The notes under the pieces: model-generated
The model's database searches: none
What the model was told of the DNA's origin: nothing
What the model saw: the letters and a program-made list of their open reading frames with translations, nothing else
Program-made: the position numbers and the translations under genes
Shown here: positions 50,488 through 61,679 of the stretch, piece by piece
Position numbering within the stretch: position 1 is the first letter of the stretch
Layout of the letters: the number at the start of each line of letters is the position of its first letter
DNA from: Camelus ferus
Taxonomy: Eukaryota
NCBI RefSeq assembly: GCF_009834535.1
Contig: NC_045702.1
Location: 59,272,001-59,336,000, forward strand
Length of the DNA: 64,000 bases
Direction of reading: 5' to 3'

Positions 50488-51416
50488 ATTTAGAGTTTTG
50501 AGGTTAAGAGATTGTGACTTAAATTTTTATTCCCACCAAGGCTATCTTTTTCATGTGAAGGAAATAGAAGGACTTTTCTTTCATATTTAGGAACTTAGAA
50601 AATGTACCATCAATGAACTTTGAAAAACAGTCTTCAAAGATCTATTTAAAGTTTAATCAAAATAAAGAAAAACTAAGAACTCAATAATAGGGAAGTTTTA
50701 TTATAAAAAACTTAGTAGTGACCACTGAAAATACAAAATATGTAATGTAAAACCGGAACATTTAAGACAACAATATATGCCTACAACTCCAAATTATGTT
50801 AGCAAAAACAGAAAGGGAAAAGGAGGCAGGGGGAGGAGTTGTGCTAAATTCTTGGTTTGTTTATTTGTGGTTTTTTTTTAAGATGCAAGGTACTTTTTAA
50901 TCAGACAAGAAGAGAAATATGGAATGGTTTCATATATGTACATGTTGAATTTAAAACATAATACATCTATAAAAAAAATTGCAGAAGATAAAAGTAAAGA
51001 AATACAGTCTTCTGCACACAGAGGAAACCCCATAGCATTCAATACTTTCATTATTAAACAACAACTAAAATAACTAAGCATTCAACTCAAGAAGTTAGGA
51101 AAAGCACAACAAAGCAACTCTAAGAGAAGCTGAAGACAGGAATACTAAAAGGTTAAAGCAAAAATTAATATACCAGAAAATAGAAAGATGGTAGGATGAA
51201 AACAAACCTGAGAATAGATTGAGAAAAAAATACTGATAACTAACTCGCTAGCTGGCTTAATCAAAGAAAAAATATAATGAAGTAGCCAGAGTTATGAATA
51301 AGAAAGGAAATATATTGGTGGATAAAGGGTAGATTTATTTTTAAGGAAAGAGAGAGCATACTACATTAAAATCTTGAAAAAGTGTTTTAAGAAAAGTATG
51401 TTATCAAAATTAATTT

Positions 51417-51542
51417 GAGGGGGAGGGTATAGCTCAGTGGTAGAGTGTGTGCTTAGCATGCACGAGGCCCTGGGTTCAATCCCCTGAACCTCCATTACAA
51501 AATAATAAACAAACAAACAAACAAACAAATAAAACAAAACAA
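51417..51542 (+). mobile_element. tRNA-Ala(AGC)-derived camelid SINE (Vic-1-like)
   Basis: ggggagggtatagctcagtggtagagtgtgtgcttagcatgcacgaggccctgggttcaatcccc. A box 51430-51440, B box 51473-51482, (AAAC)n tail, and 11-bp TSD aaaattaattt (51406-51416) / aaaattaatat (51543-51553). Confidence 0.9.
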
Positions 51543-51890
51543 AAAATTAATATAAGAAGAAGTAGAAAACTTGATAACTATAGATAAAAATTTTAAGTTT
51601 TTAAAATGTTACCTCAGAAAAGCTAGTCTTGGAAATTTTCAGTGAGTTCTTTCAAACCTTTAAGGAAGACATTACTCTCGGTTCTTTTTAATTGTTTCAG
51701 AGCATAAGGGAAAAATGTGAAATTTTAAATTCAGTTTATAAAGACCACATAGGTTTGATATGAAACCTGACAAAAATTGAATAATGGAAAAAAAAACTGG
51801 ACATCATTCCCACTTCTAAATACAAATGAGAAAACTCAGCAGCAAGAGGGCATGATTAAGTAGGGATACTTTCACGACTGAAAAGCAATT

Positions 51891-52107
51891 ACAAACACTT
51901 CCATAGCACTAGTTACAGTTTAAGATCTGTTCATGTATTAACTGAGTTCTCACAAAAATAAATGAGGTGTGTTCCATTATTGTATCCCTTTTACAGACGA
52001 GGAAATTAAAGTACAGGAAAAATAAGTAACTTGCCCAAAGTCACAGAATGAGTAAAGGCAAAGCCAGGTGGTCTGGCTACAGAATCACACCCTTACCACA
52101 AGCTATA
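51891..52107 (-). mobile_element. MIR SINE
   Basis: atcccttttacagacgaggaaattaaagtacag...aagtaacttgcccaaagtcacag. Confidence 0.85.
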
Positions 52108-52399
52108 TGGCCCTTTTTTGCCAGTATATTATTGGAAGAAACCAAAGCACACATCACAATAGTTGTAGGAAAAGCATGTGATAATATTCAGAATCCATTT
52201 CTTACTTAAAAATAAAGTGCTTAAACTAGGAGAGAAGGTTATGTTACTCTTGGTATGATAAAGAAACCTATTTTAAATCAATATTTAACAGCATACTTAT
52301 TAGGGAGACTAGAGCCATTCACTCTAAAATCATGTACAAGACAAAGATACTCATCATTATTTAATATTGCTACAGTAGTTCCACTGAATGGAAAGGAGC

Positions 52400-52680
52400 T
52401 CTGGACACTAATATTTGGAGGGCAGGCAGAGAGGAGCAAGGCAGCAATGGAAACAGGAAAGATGTAGTTGGTGAGTCTGGAGGAAAACCAGCCAGGCATG
52501 GAAGGAGAGAAGAAAGCGTGTCAGGGAGGGATAGTCAACTGTGATAAGTATGGCTAGGAGTTCAAGTAAGGTAAGAACACAATGGTGGTCATTACTTAGG
52601 TTGAAAAGAGCAATCTTGGTGAGGTCGGTATGGATTCCTGTTAGAATGAGAGGTGAGGAAGTGGAGAACACTACTTCTGA
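52400..52680 (-). mobile_element. L2 fragment
   Basis: cagggagggatagtcaactgtg...gttcaagtaagg...gagcaatcttggtgagg...gaggtgaggaagtggagaac. Confidence 0.7.
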
Positions 52681-53109
52681 CAACTTTTTCAATGTAAGTA
52701 AAGTGTCATTTCAACCATTTCAGTAGGATGGCAGGTCAGATCAGTTGGAAGAACAAGGATTATTTTGTAAATGATTCTGATATGATTTTTAATTTGAGGA
52801 AAAATGTAAGTGGTTTGATTACAGTGTTTTAGAAAAAAAGAAAGTAAGCTTCAAAAGGATGACTCTTATCTCTAAGTGTTGGTATAATGGGTATTTTTCT
52901 TTTGTAGTATGCATTTTTAATTTCAATTTTTTCATAGTATTCTCTTTTCAGTCGAAAGAATTAATGTGTTTTCAGGAAAACCAACCATTTCTAGCAGGCC
53001 ACTAGGTTCAAAATCTAATTTAATCAATCAATTCAACAGATGTTGGCATTGCATCATGTGCCTACCATCTAGAAAGCTGTGAATTATAAGACCCTTAAGA
53101 GTTACAACA

Positions 53110-56100
53110 AAGGTGGAGCGAGGTGAGTGTCCTAAGTGGAACACAAACACCTAAGAGAAGTCAAGAGAAGAGCTTAGAACTGCCGGTTACTAATCATCCA
53201 GAAAAACCGAAAATGGAAGAACTCAACAAAGGGAAGACCATGGTGATTGAATCATTATGGGTGGGAAGGCAGAATCTGTACCTCACTGAGGAACTCTGTG
53301 AGAGAAATTCACAGGACATGGTAACCAGCCAGTGGTTACCCAAGAGCTTGTCAGGGCAGTTAATAACAGGAGAAGCCCCAAAGGCTCCCTGTCTTTCCCC
53401 TCAGGATTGTTTTTCTCATCAATTCAATAGAGGATAAGCAAGTAGCATGTATAACCCAGGATCTCTAAAGTGTGTGCATATACACATATGTGTCTCTAGT
53501 CACCACAGGAGATCATAATCATCTGTTCCCAGATGGCTCTGGATTCTTTCTGGATCTAATTTCCAGTGCTAAAGTAGCTTGCCCGAGTCTAATGAGAGAA
53601 GGGTAAGCTCTGACTAAGTTTAAAGAAATGTGGTTAGTGAAAGAGGCCATGAAACGCAGACTTCAGAATGGGAACCAGGCGGAGACACTATTCCCCTCTG
53701 TTTCACAGGGTGGCTGTGATTGCTGTGCATTGTGATTTGTTGGATTAGTCCATTATTCACATTATAGTCTGCCTAGTACTGCATGTTACAAAGGTCAGAA
53801 GGATCCAGATTTCTCCATCTGATTCAGTGGAAGATGGAGGTACTTCCTTGCAATTGAGACAAATACTCTCTGGGTGGGAAGGAAGGGTAAGATGGGGGGG
53901 GGGAAGTATACAAGCAAGAGATGATTCAAAATTCTACTCCTTTGTGACTCAGAAGCAATGAGTCTAAGGCTATTGTTAGTTACTTTCCCTGGTTCTCCAC
54001 AGTCCCTAGGCCAGTGCTGTGGAGAAAACCATCTGACTATGTTGTTTCTATCTGGAAACCATGAGCTCGCCAGGGTGTACTTAGACATGGAAAAGAAGAT
54101 TTTTAAATTTCAGTGGCATTACTCGCATGTCTTTCTGGCTGTCTCAGTGTGTTCTTCACCCTCACAAAGAGACTGACACATGTTTCCCTTGACCCTGATC
54201 AAAAATAGAATGCACTTCTCATTTCAGCTCTCAAACTATTGAATGGTGTGTCCCAAGCTTTTGAGGTCTTCTTCAATTCACAACCTGAAGCTGACACAAG
54301 CAAGGTGTCATCTGGGTGCTTTTAGTATGTTTATATCCTTAGAACTTTCATTATATGATTTTCTTTTGCGATGTTTCTCATTGCTGGCAAGTCATGTTTT
54401 CCTGTTTATATTTCCCTCTATTTAACTTTATTTTGATGCCAATGGGTTACGTACGTGATTGTATTTTCTGTTTAATTTCAGGATGTTGGGCTCTTAGCAA
54501 AGCGTAGTGAGGAGCCCAGTTCACTCTTAGTTCAAGTGCTGGATAATGTGCTTCTGCATAAGATGAAAGGGATGCCTCTCCTATGGCTGCCCTCAGTCTA
54601 GTTGTTTTGCCTGCAGACCAGCTGGGCATGGGCTCATGGCCCCTGTTTGAACTGAGCACTCCCTTCCTTTCCCTGGCTCTCATCTCCTTCCCTCTTATCA
54701 CCCTAATTCTTACTCTACCTTCCGATGTGTACCTCTGGCTGTCTCTGTTTTCTGGGTTTACTCAGACTTTGTTCGACTCAATAGCCTTCATTTTCCCTAT
54801 CTACCCTCATACTCCATGAGCTTCCAAGGAGAATGGGAAGCTCATCAACTTACTTCTTCTCTAGCAACTTGGTCACAGAGACCATGACTCATAGCTACCA
54901 GTGAAAAGCAAATTAGCACACACTGCCTACACTTGGTGCCTGGCCTGACCATCTCATCATTTGCTAATTTTAAATATCCTCATATGGCATTGGTTCCACA
55001 CTCAGTTTCTAATGAGCTCTACTTGGCCACATTTCTCCAGTCTACCTGTTTCAAGATAATTTGTGATCAAGACTTTTCTTAGCATCTTACAGAGAAGGCC
55101 AAAGCCAAAAATTCATACTTTATTGGTACCTAAAAAACCCTTATTCCTTGAGCATCCTTCTTGCTCTGCCATTCTCAGATGGTGTCACATATACCCCTCC
55201 CTTCTAGGACAAAAAAGAACCTCTTCTGGTTGGAGAAACACAGAAGATGCTGCATCAATTCTTATTTAGACTTTCTCATTCTTTAGATTTGACCTGCCAT
55301 ACTTTTCTCCTCATTTGCATTTTAAACAATACATTTTTCTAATTACAATATAGATGCATGTGTGATAAACTCAGAAATACAGAAAAGCTCCAGGGAAGAG
55401 ACATAGAATCACCTGTAATCTCCCCATTTATTATAAACTATTTGATTTGTATCTTCCTAACTCCTTTTCTATGTATTAGTACAGTTAGGATCACATTGTA
55501 CTTACTGTTTATATCACTTTCTTTCAACAATTCATCATTAATATTTTCCCATAATAATAAATATTCTACTGCATTCTACTGCATTATTATTGTTAATGAT
55601 TGCATAGGATACAATACTCCCTAATTTAATAAACCAGATCGTCAGTGAATATGTTAATTAACTTGATTGTGGTAATCTTCTTACAATGTGTTTGTATATC
55701 AAATCATATTGCATACTTTAAATATACACAATTTTGTTTGTCAATTATACCTCAAAGAAGTTGAGGGAAAAAAGAAAAGAAAACAACAGAAATAAACCCA
55801 GTACTCTATTGTTGGACATCAAGGTTGTTTCTCATTTGTTGACATTGTAGATAATGCTTAAGTGAGCACCTCTGCTTTCATATTCATCTTTAATTCCATC
55901 AAGCCACTTTTTTGTCATGGAGTCCATCTCCACGTTGTTTTCTCCATTGCCCTCATTTGCTTTGCCAGTTAAAAGTATTTCTGTACTAGTGTTTATCTTC
56001 TTCAACTAAGGCATGCTTACTGGGGGGACTTACACTAAGTTGTTTAAGAAATCTCCAGTTCTTACAAATCTCCCTGATAGCTACCTTCTGTTGTAGTTCA

Positions 56101-56420
56101 CCTGTCCAAATCTGGGCAACATGATGGATGATTTAAGCTTTCTCCTCATAAGAGTTTGGTACTTATGGTCTTAATTATGTAATGATCATGATTACAAACT
56201 GGTTTACATAGGAATTCTGCCTATACCAATTCCTGTCCATTCTTTAGAGCCAAGTCCAGGATATGTCTTTTCCACATGTATCCAAAGTGCACTTATGCTA
56301 GAGGCTGTAATGCTTCCTATCCAAACCTCATATCCACAGTTCATCCCCATGGTGATCTCTGCCAATTTGGTTGTGGATACTGATCAAAACCCAACTTTGC
56401 AGGCTCCCAATGTCATTTAA
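53110..56420 (-). mobile_element. Possible highly degraded LTR-retroelement internal region, interrupted by L1 pieces at about 55290-55860
   Basis: About 3.3 kb with higher GC than its flanks and an eroded coding-like texture. No conserved RT or integrase motif could be read by eye. Confidence 0.3.
55636..55790 (+). mobile_element. Short L1MA-like 3' end nested in an antisense old L1 (about 55290-55860)
   Basis: cttgattgtggtaatc...gtcaattatacctcaaag plus an A-rich tail. Perfect TSD aataaacc at 55628-55635 and 55791-55798, with the left copy preceded by TT (L1 endonuclease-type site). Confidence 0.85.
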
Positions 56421-56850
56421 TATTTCCAGGCCTGTCTTTGAGATTTTCCCTCCTAGCTTTGTAGTGTAATATATCCCTATTACTGCTATACTTTTATTGT
56501 TTTGCTATGGAATCCACCCAAGGAAATGTTATGATATTGCCTTTATCTAATAGGCCATTAAATATTGACTTTGTAGCCACTACGTGTAAAACATTGTACT
56601 GTTTTTAACCTCTGCAAATAAGCATATTTAAGAGGGTTTAAATATTGATGTCCTAATCCAAATACATGCTTAACTCTTCTCTAATCCCACTGTCTTCTAC
56701 CCCAAAATTAATTTGTTATTATGAAATACCAAAGCAAGTAGTTGCTGTACTATTTGTGTATTCGTATTCATAACTGACTCTCTCTCAACTATGTCTACTC
56801 CTTCTGTGACAATTAAAGATGTTTTTCAGTTCCTTTTTGTAACATCTACA

Positions 56851-57310
56851 ATAGGGATTCTTAACTTGGGTGCATGTAAGAATCAGCTGAAATTTGAAAT
56901 ATTCCAATGTCTGAGCTCTTCCTTACACCACTTAAATCTGGACTTCTGAGGGTGGATCCCAAGCAGTGTTATTTAAAAGCTCTCCAGAAAATTCTAACAT
57001 TCAGGCAGTAGAGTCACTTGGTATTGAACAAAGCGCTTTGAGTCTGGCCCTCCCAAGAAAACCAACAACCTCTATACCACTGGTTCTCAAACTTTGCTGA
57101 AGTCTAGAAACACTGGGGAGCTTAAAAAAATTCAGATGTCTTGGTCACACTCAAGAACAAATAATCTCTGGGGCTTTAGCTTTATTTTATACTCCCGGGG
57201 TAAGTCCAAAGTGTGGTTAAATTTGAGAACCAGAGCTCTAGACCCTTGCAACTCAAAGTGTGGCATATGATCCAAAAGCATTGGCATGACCTGGGAGCTG
57301 ATTAGTAATT
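56851..57310. mobile_element. Cluster of three MER5-type MITE copies or fragments (about 56851-57020, 57077-57240, 57245-57310)
   Basis: ggattcttaacttggg..., ccactggttctcaaactttgctg...tttgagaaccag, and ctcaaagtgtggc...gcattggcatgacctgggagctgattag. Confidence 0.75.
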
Positions 57311-58240
57311 AACGTTTGGCCTCAGGCCTACCATGTCTGTACATGATTTTTGTGACATGAACATTTCAATGGCACTCTTTACACAGTTTCAGCCTTGCAT
57401 CTTAGAACCTAAACTTTGAGACTTTTATTTTATCATTTTAATTTATTTAGTGTAGGAAGTGGAGTAGAAAGTGACAACACAAGGGAGTGGTTCCAAAAAT
57501 TTGTTCCAAAAAAACACCTGGGCCTTTTTAGGAAGCTGCATGTCTCCATGGCATTTCACCCCTGTTGCTCTTGCTGGCTTCATCTGTAAGTTTTTGTCAC
57601 AGTTCTTTCATTTCTTTTCGTCCTAACATCTGGTCTTGCAAGGAGTTGAGGGAAAGCCTGATACTAAGTGAGATGTGAGGGAGGCAAAAGTCTTCCTGCT
57701 GTCGATCTAAAAACGAAGTTACACCCTGAATATGAAGTGTGAATTGCTTGGAGATTCACCCTGAGTCATGAGAGGAGAAGGTGGCAGCCACAGCACTCCA
57801 CCTGACTGGGACTAGCTCCACTCCCCTTTGGGACAGTGGGGTTTCCTAACTGCATGGTTGCACCTGAGCCTCCTCCACACTCCACAAGTAGCAACCTCCT
57901 CATGAGGCAGAGGAGTTGGTCTTAAATAAGTGTTTTAGTGTGGACTGAGTCCTGAGAAGTAACATTTCCATTTAGGTTGAGTCATGGTCACTTAGCATTA
58001 AAGCAGCTCCTAGACATAGTAAGTATTTTGGGAATTTGCATTAACTCCTTCAACATCAGGGCTAAGAACAGGGCACTGAACAATGGCTGTTAGGGAACTG
58101 CCTGAAGGTCTACAAGAGTTGTCTTTGTTTTCAGAATCTCCCTGTCTCCCCAGCACTGCCTCACTTTTCTCCCAGGCCTGACATCTGCCCCTATGCAACT
58201 ACCTTACTCCCTGTATTCCTTCCTGCTCCCCACTCCCAAA

Positions 58241-58294
<54 letters not shown>
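58241..58294. repeat. (CA)n microsatellite, perfect (CA)23 at 58249-58294
   Basis: Read directly from the sequence. Confidence 0.98.
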
Positions 58295-58297
<3 letters not shown>

Positions 58298-58499
58298 TGC
58301 TGGCCCCCTGTGTCTCCTTCCTACGAGTGTTTCTCTTAGCTAACAGTGACTCTTCTAGCCTGGAAAGAATCTTTTCTGTAGTAAATACTAGGTTGAAGTG
58401 TAAATTCCCCCTCTGCATCCCAAACGAGTAATCATATTTTTTAACAGCAGAATTTTACAGGCAGAAATCCCACAAAAGTCAACGTAGTAATGAAATAGC

Positions 58500-58660
58500 T
58501 AATACTTGTCAGACTTACCATTTTGCCAGGTACCTCATGAGCACTATTTCATTTAATTCTCAAAACAACCGTCTGAAGTTAGTATTATTATTATCTCTAT
58601 TTTATAGATGGAGAAACTAAGTAATTGTCACACCATCCCACAGCTAGTCAGTGTCAAGCC
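58500..58660 (-). mobile_element. MIR fragment
   Basis: atttaattctcaaaacaacc...attatctctattttatagatggagaaactaag. Confidence 0.75.
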
Positions 58661-58719
58661 TGGAAGGGTGTAAACCTCCCACACTGAAACAACTCTGTAA
58701 GTGAGGCTCTCTTGACAAA

Positions 58720-59750
58720 ATGAGGAATCTTAATTTGGTTTACTATGAAAAGTTTAAGCATGGAAAAACCAGAAGAAACAGTTCAGTGAACTCATGTGTA
58801 TCTACCACCTAGATTTATCAATCATTAACCTTTTGTCTTATTTATTTCATTCACATTCATTTTTATTGAAGCATTTAAAAATAAATTTCAGAAAATACTT
58901 TACCCCTGTAGTGGGTTGATTAGTGGTCCCAAAAGGTATGTCCACATCCTAATCCCCAGAATCTATGAATATCACCTTATATGGTAAAAGATTGAATGTT
59001 ATCTTATTTGGAAAAGGCTCTTTGCTGATGTAATTAATTTAAGGATCTTGAGATGAAGACATCATCCTGGATTTTCCTCCACGGCACTAAAGCCAATGAC
59101 AAGTGTCTTTATAAGAGAAAATCAGAGGGAGATTTGACAGACAGTAGAGAAAAAGGCACATACATTTGAGGAGAAGATGGGAGGCAGAAATGGGAGTCAT
59201 GTAGTCACAAGCCAAGGAATGCCTGCAGCTATCAGAAGCTGGAAGAAGCAAGGAAGGACTCTCCCCTAGAGCCGTCAGAGAGAGCACTGTCCTGCCAGCA
59301 TCTTGACTGCAGACTTCTGGCCTCTATAACTGAGAGAATAAATTTCTGTTGTTTTAAGCTACCAAGTTTGTGATGATTTGATATAGCAGCCCTAGGAAAC
59401 TAGCACAGCCCCTTAATAATTTATATATATCACCAAAAAATTAAGGACATTCTCTTACATAGCCAGAATACAATGATCACACCTAACGAAATTAACACTA
59501 CTTCCTTAACATCATTTAATGTACGGCTTATATCCAAACTTCCCTGGTTGTTCTCCAGAGATCTTTTAGGGCTGGTTTGTTCAAATAGGGTCCGATGGAG
59601 GACCATACGTTATATTTGGTTATTGTTCCTTACACATCTATTTCAATCTTGAACAGTGCTCTCTTCATGTCCCCGCTTTTCCATGGCACTGACTTACTGA
59701 AGAGCCTTTATAATGACTCACATTCTGGATCTGTCTGATTACTAGAATGA
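58720..59750 (-). mobile_element. Old L1 (L1MC/L1ME-like) 3' fragment split by an MLT1 LTR
   Basis: ttgaagcatttaaaaataaatttcag...tttacccc resumes at 59413 with aaggacattctcttacatagccag...cacacctaacgaaattaac. Confidence 0.7.
58907..59407 (+). mobile_element. MLT1 (C/D-like) MaLR solo LTR, full length
   Basis: TG...CA termini and 5-bp TSD acccc/gcccc. Contains ccaaggaatgcctgcagc...gaagctggaaga...aataaatttctgttgttttaagc...gcagccctaggaaac. Confidence 0.92.
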
Positions 59751-60059
59751 GGGACTTTTGCAGGTTAACAACTCTGGTGGGCAAAGGTTTTCTCCAAGCC
59801 CTCTCAGAATCCACTCTGTTTGTGGCATGCCTGTGGGCAGAGCTAATTAGCGGGAATGACGGAGTAGGGAGATATGTTCCATTGGCTGCACCTTCCTGGG
59901 GCTTCCTCAGTGGGCTCACATCTCTCCTTTCTTGTGTAGAAGGATGTCAGGGTTTGGTGTTCCTCCTGGAGAAAAAGTGGAACAGGGTTTCTTTCCCACT
60001 AAACTGGAATTAATTTGTGGCAGCCTGAAGAACTAGGCAATTTCACTTTCAGGGATTTT

Positions 60060-60320
60060 AAGACTGGCACTGGTCCCAGAGTACTTGTATTCCACGTAGG
60101 ACCCGCTGAGGCTGGAATTCCACCTTTTGCGATGCTTATAATTATGTAAATATTACATATTCCCTTTGAAAATGCCACATTCCTAGATAGGAAAATGCGT
60201 TCCTGCTAACACAGGAATATGCTAATGCAGTGGTATGAATTGGTTTTATATTGATGTATATGGCTTCCCACTGATTAGGTGGTCAAAGGGGATTTGAGGC
60301 TGATGGATGTTTGACAAAGA
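60060..60320. promoter_or_regulatory. Candidate enhancer (dense motif cluster)
   Basis: TTATGTAA 60142, GTAAATA 60146, CTTTGAA 60164 and CATTCC 60178 fall within 42 bp of non-repetitive sequence. Confidence 0.35.
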
Positions 60321-61019
60321 AAACCTTCCCCTACTGTCTAGTTTTGCCTACGGCTAGATACCTGGAACTGGAGGACTGGAGAGGAGAATTGCCAAAACCA
60401 AGAAGGCAGGCTTCACGTTGCTCAGGCAGCTAGTGGGAAGGAAGCCAAAAGTACCCTCTTGCCATATGAGAGCTTCCATCGACTCTGGAAGAACATAGGA
60501 AAGAAAATGACACTCTCTGTTTAGAAATTGCCACTGGTGTCTCTTGATGGTCAGGTGATTTTCCTGGATGGATTACTATTTTCCCTGCATAATTCAAAGC
60601 TGAGGAAATGTTTTCTCATCCCTGTGTATCTCAAGGCTCTGAAATAAGGCATCCTTTCCTGTCTATTATTTGATTTATGTTCTGCTTCAGGCATTTATTG
60701 AACTGATTAGCACATTAGTTTTATTATTCTCTTCCACGTCCTTTTATGTTCTGGTGAGTTTATTAGGTGAGGCCAGTTTCCTTCTGAGAGTTTAATCCAA
60801 AGGCCTTTACTAGGAGGCTGACATATTTCCTTTTCTCATAAAGATAAGAAAACATCAACAGGCACAGCAAAGATAGCAGACTGTCCGAGCCTGAGTTATG
60901 GAAAAGATTCCATATCAAACTTCCCAGTGAGACTGACTTCAGCTTTCACACTGGCTCACTTCTCCTCATACCCCGTTCACGACTGAGACAAGTAAGCCCC
61001 TGAGGAGGGAACTGGTCAT

Positions 61020-61400
61020 ATTACATTGCTCACTCATGGATTCTGGGTGCATTTTTAAAGGTTTTTTGGTAGAAAATACATGGAGTGTGAGAGAAAGAAA
61101 GAAGTCAAGGATGTCTAAAATTTTTGACATGAGCAAGGGGGAGGCTAGAATTTTCATTTACTGACATGGAGGAGACTACTGGAGGTAAGTCTTTCATGTA
61201 GGGGAGGGAGGATATGGAGGAAATGTCAGGGCTTTCATTTTGGACATGTTAAGTTTAAGATGTCTAGTATGTATATCCAAATGAGATACTTAGCTATGTA
61301 AATGAGACTAAAGTGCAAGGAATTGTCATCTTACAACTGATACTTAAAGCCACGTGAGGAAGAGTAGATAAAGGAGGGAAGAGCCTTTCCATTGTTACAA
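61020..61400 (-). mobile_element. L2 fragment
   Basis: ttcatttactgacatggaggagac...ttttggacatgttaagtttaagatgtctag. Confidence 0.75.
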
Positions 61401-61605
61401 CAGGGTCAGCAATCTTTTTCCATAAAAGGCCAGACTGGACATATTCTAGGCTTTGCAGGCTGGGTAGTTTCTGTCACAGTTACTCAAGTCTTTATTTTTA
61501 GTGAAAGTAGCCATATGCAATATGGAAAGGACTAGATGTGGCTGTGTTCCAATGACGCACCGGCAGTCCAAATCTGGTTCATGGGCTAACGTTTGCTGCC
61601 CCTTG
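61401..61605 (-). mobile_element. MER58A hAT-Charlie MITE
   Basis: cagggtcagcaa...aaggccagactgg...gtggctgtgttccaat...gtttgctgccccttg. Confidence 0.85.
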
Positions 61606-61679
61606 TGTTAGAGGTCAGACTCAGGCTTATAAGAAGAAACAATTAAATTTTGAACTTATGCTTTAAACTCTCTTCCTCT

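Larger units (their letters stand above)
49130..52380 (+). mobile_element. Fragmented old L1 (ORF1 and ORF2 remnants) hosting MER3, a camelid SINE and a MIR
   Basis: ORF1-like reading IFKDITDESFPEL near 50094-50132. ORF2-like text ctaagcattcaactcaagaagttag (about 51070) and aaaagcatgtgataatattcagaatccatt (about 52170). Confidence 0.8.

Noticed and set aside
51423-51494. tRNA-Ala(AGC)-like cloverleaf
   Set aside because: It has an extra 5' G-rich leader, CpG-to-TpG decay in the stems, an (AAAC)n tail and a TSD, so it is a tRNA-derived SINE rather than a tRNA gene.
57762-57984. Two AP-1 heptamers (TGAGTCA at 57762 and 57978)
   Set aside because: About eight such heptamers are expected by chance in 64 kb and there is no further support.
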